Part shown: one piece after another, positions 25,613 through 26,247 of the stretch | Numbering within the stretch: position 1 is the first letter of the stretch | Layout: each line of letters opens with the position of its first letter | IMG/VR virus record: IMGVR_UViG_3300034071_001139 | Coordinates: 1 to 26,247 of that record | Reading direction: 5' to 3' (one strand) | DNA: 26,247 nt | Origin: a virus | Taxonomy: Duplodnaviria > Caudoviricetes | Made by a program: the position numbers and the translations under genes | The notes under the pieces: generated by a model | Database searches by the model: none | What the model saw: the letters and a program-made list of their open reading frames with translations, nothing else | What the model was told of the DNA's origin: nothing

Positions 25613-25650
25613 TCTTAGCTCCTAAGATGAATGATCTCTATCTTAGTATA
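25613..25650 (-). promoter_or_regulatory. -10-like TATACT plus alternative hairpins overlapping the endonuclease RBS
   Basis: Minus strand reads TATA-CTAAGAT-agagatcattc-ATCTTAG-gag-CTAAGA-a-ATG. The central arm is complementary to both flanking arms. No recognisable -35. Confidence 0.55.
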
Positions 25651-25665
25651 CACAGAAATCTTACA

Positions 25666-26247
25666 TCATGGTATAATATCTAATTCATCATTTTCTTCTA
25701 GATTTTTTGCTTCTACGTATCCGCGATTTTTTGTAAATATCTTATGCTCTGGCGTACACCTAATAGTGAATCCAGAATCCATGTCTTCTATCTGGATTAA
25801 TTCTGCGTCTTCGCCTGTTAATGCGCTATCTGATACCTTTTCATATGAAATAACAGAAGAGTCTATATTTTTAGATAGAACCATTATTTCCTTTCCGGCT
25901 TTGAATATATCGTCTAGTTCTGACAATGGTATTAATACCTTTTTGCCATCAACAATTGCGTCAACCTTAGTGTCTCCGGTGAGACATAAATTACTCATAT
26001 AAACTGGAACAAGCCAAGAGCCATGCTCGTTAGCGTTGTCAATATTCATAACATATATTCTACCAGTTTCTAGTCTTTCTTTGGCAAAAATTTCTGCCAA
26101 CTTTCTAGCACTAATCTTTTTCTTCATCTTGACATGTCTACTATTTTCATACTTTTCGTACAGCCTTTTAAAGTCATCGTTGTTGTTCATGGAGCTATAC
26201 AATCCACCGGTTTCTTCTGGACTAAACAAAGTAATATCTTCGTTCTT
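25666..26247 (-). CDS. nrdA: Ribonucleotide reductase alpha subunit, N-terminal part (5' partial), fused to split-intein IntN
   Basis: Frame is open to the window edge (KNEDITLFSPEE...). ERLETGRIY and VYMSNL are followed by intein sequence and a TGA stop. Confidence 0.95.
   Translation of the reverse strand, partial: KNEDITLFSPEETGGLYSSMNNNDDFKRLYEKYENSRHVKMKKKISARKLAEIFAKERLETGRIYVMNIDNANEHGSWLVPVYMSNLCLTGDTKVDAIVDGKKVLIPLSELDDIFKAGKEIMVLSKNIDSSVISYEKVSDSALTGEDAELIQIEDMDSGFTIRCTPEHKIFTKNRGYVEAKNLEENDELDIIP
25669..25986 (-). other. Split intein N-fragment (IntN, 106 aa)
   Basis: Block A CLTGDTKV, block B IRCTPEHKIFT, then RGYVEAKNLEENDEL and stop. Confidence 0.95.

Larger units (their letters stand above)
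24855..25986 (-). mobile_element. Fractured-gene cassette: IntN - GIY-YIG endonuclease - IntC inserted in nrdA
   Basis: Removing 24855..25986 restores contiguous VYMSNL-CQEIIHP, the class I RNR active-site loop. Confidence 0.9.
1..26247 (-). mobile_element. Segment of a large bacteriophage genome (replication / nucleotide metabolism module)
   Basis: About 35 abutting or overlapping genes on one strand. Divergent RecA, DnaB, short primase, dNMP kinase, PhoH, dUTPase, NrdAB, homing endonucleases and many hypotheticals are clustered, with no cellular housekeeping operons. No structural genes are present to fix the taxonomy. Confidence 0.9.

Noticed and set aside
25669-25677. Plus-strand TGGTATAAT (possible antisense promoter into IntN)
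   Set aside because: No -35 element, it lies in coding sequence, and such matches are expected by chance in AT-rich DNA.
26227-26229. Track start (TTG) for the 187-aa NrdA-N ORF
   Set aside because: The frame stays open to the window edge with NrdA-like sequence, so the gene is simply truncated by the window.
1-26247. Stop-codon reassignment, as seen in some large phages
   Set aside because: Conserved proteins are full length in the standard code, and TAA, TAG and TGA all end genes at sensible positions.

Overview
The window is a gene-dense, AT-rich segment coded entirely on the minus strand, most consistent with the DNA replication and nucleotide metabolism region of a large tailed-phage genome. 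It reads in the standard genetic code, and I found no tRNA, rRNA or CRISPR array. In transcription order it carries class Ia ribonucleotide reductase (nrdA, nrdB), dUTPase, PhoH, RecA, DnaB helicase, primase, dNMP kinase, a Cas4/AddB-like nuclease, a C-family DNA polymerase, a DEDDh exonuclease, SSB, five glycosyltransferases and methyltransferase-like genes. Two essential genes are fractured. (1) nrdA is split at its thiyl-radical cysteine by a naturally split intein (IntN 106 aa, IntC 33 aa) with a free-standing GIY-YIG endonuclease between the halves, so active enzyme should require protein trans-splicing. (2) dnaE is split without any intein at the palm/fingers boundary, with a proofreading exonuclease gene and an HNH-like gene between the halves. 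Other notable points are a bacterioferritin-like protein lacking its ferroxidase and heme ligands, competing hairpins over the endonuclease ribosome binding site, a ppGalNAc-transferase-like enzyme, and one base (22378) that affects both dUTPase motif V and a possible phoH start codon. All family assignments come from motif recognition by eye, not from database searches.
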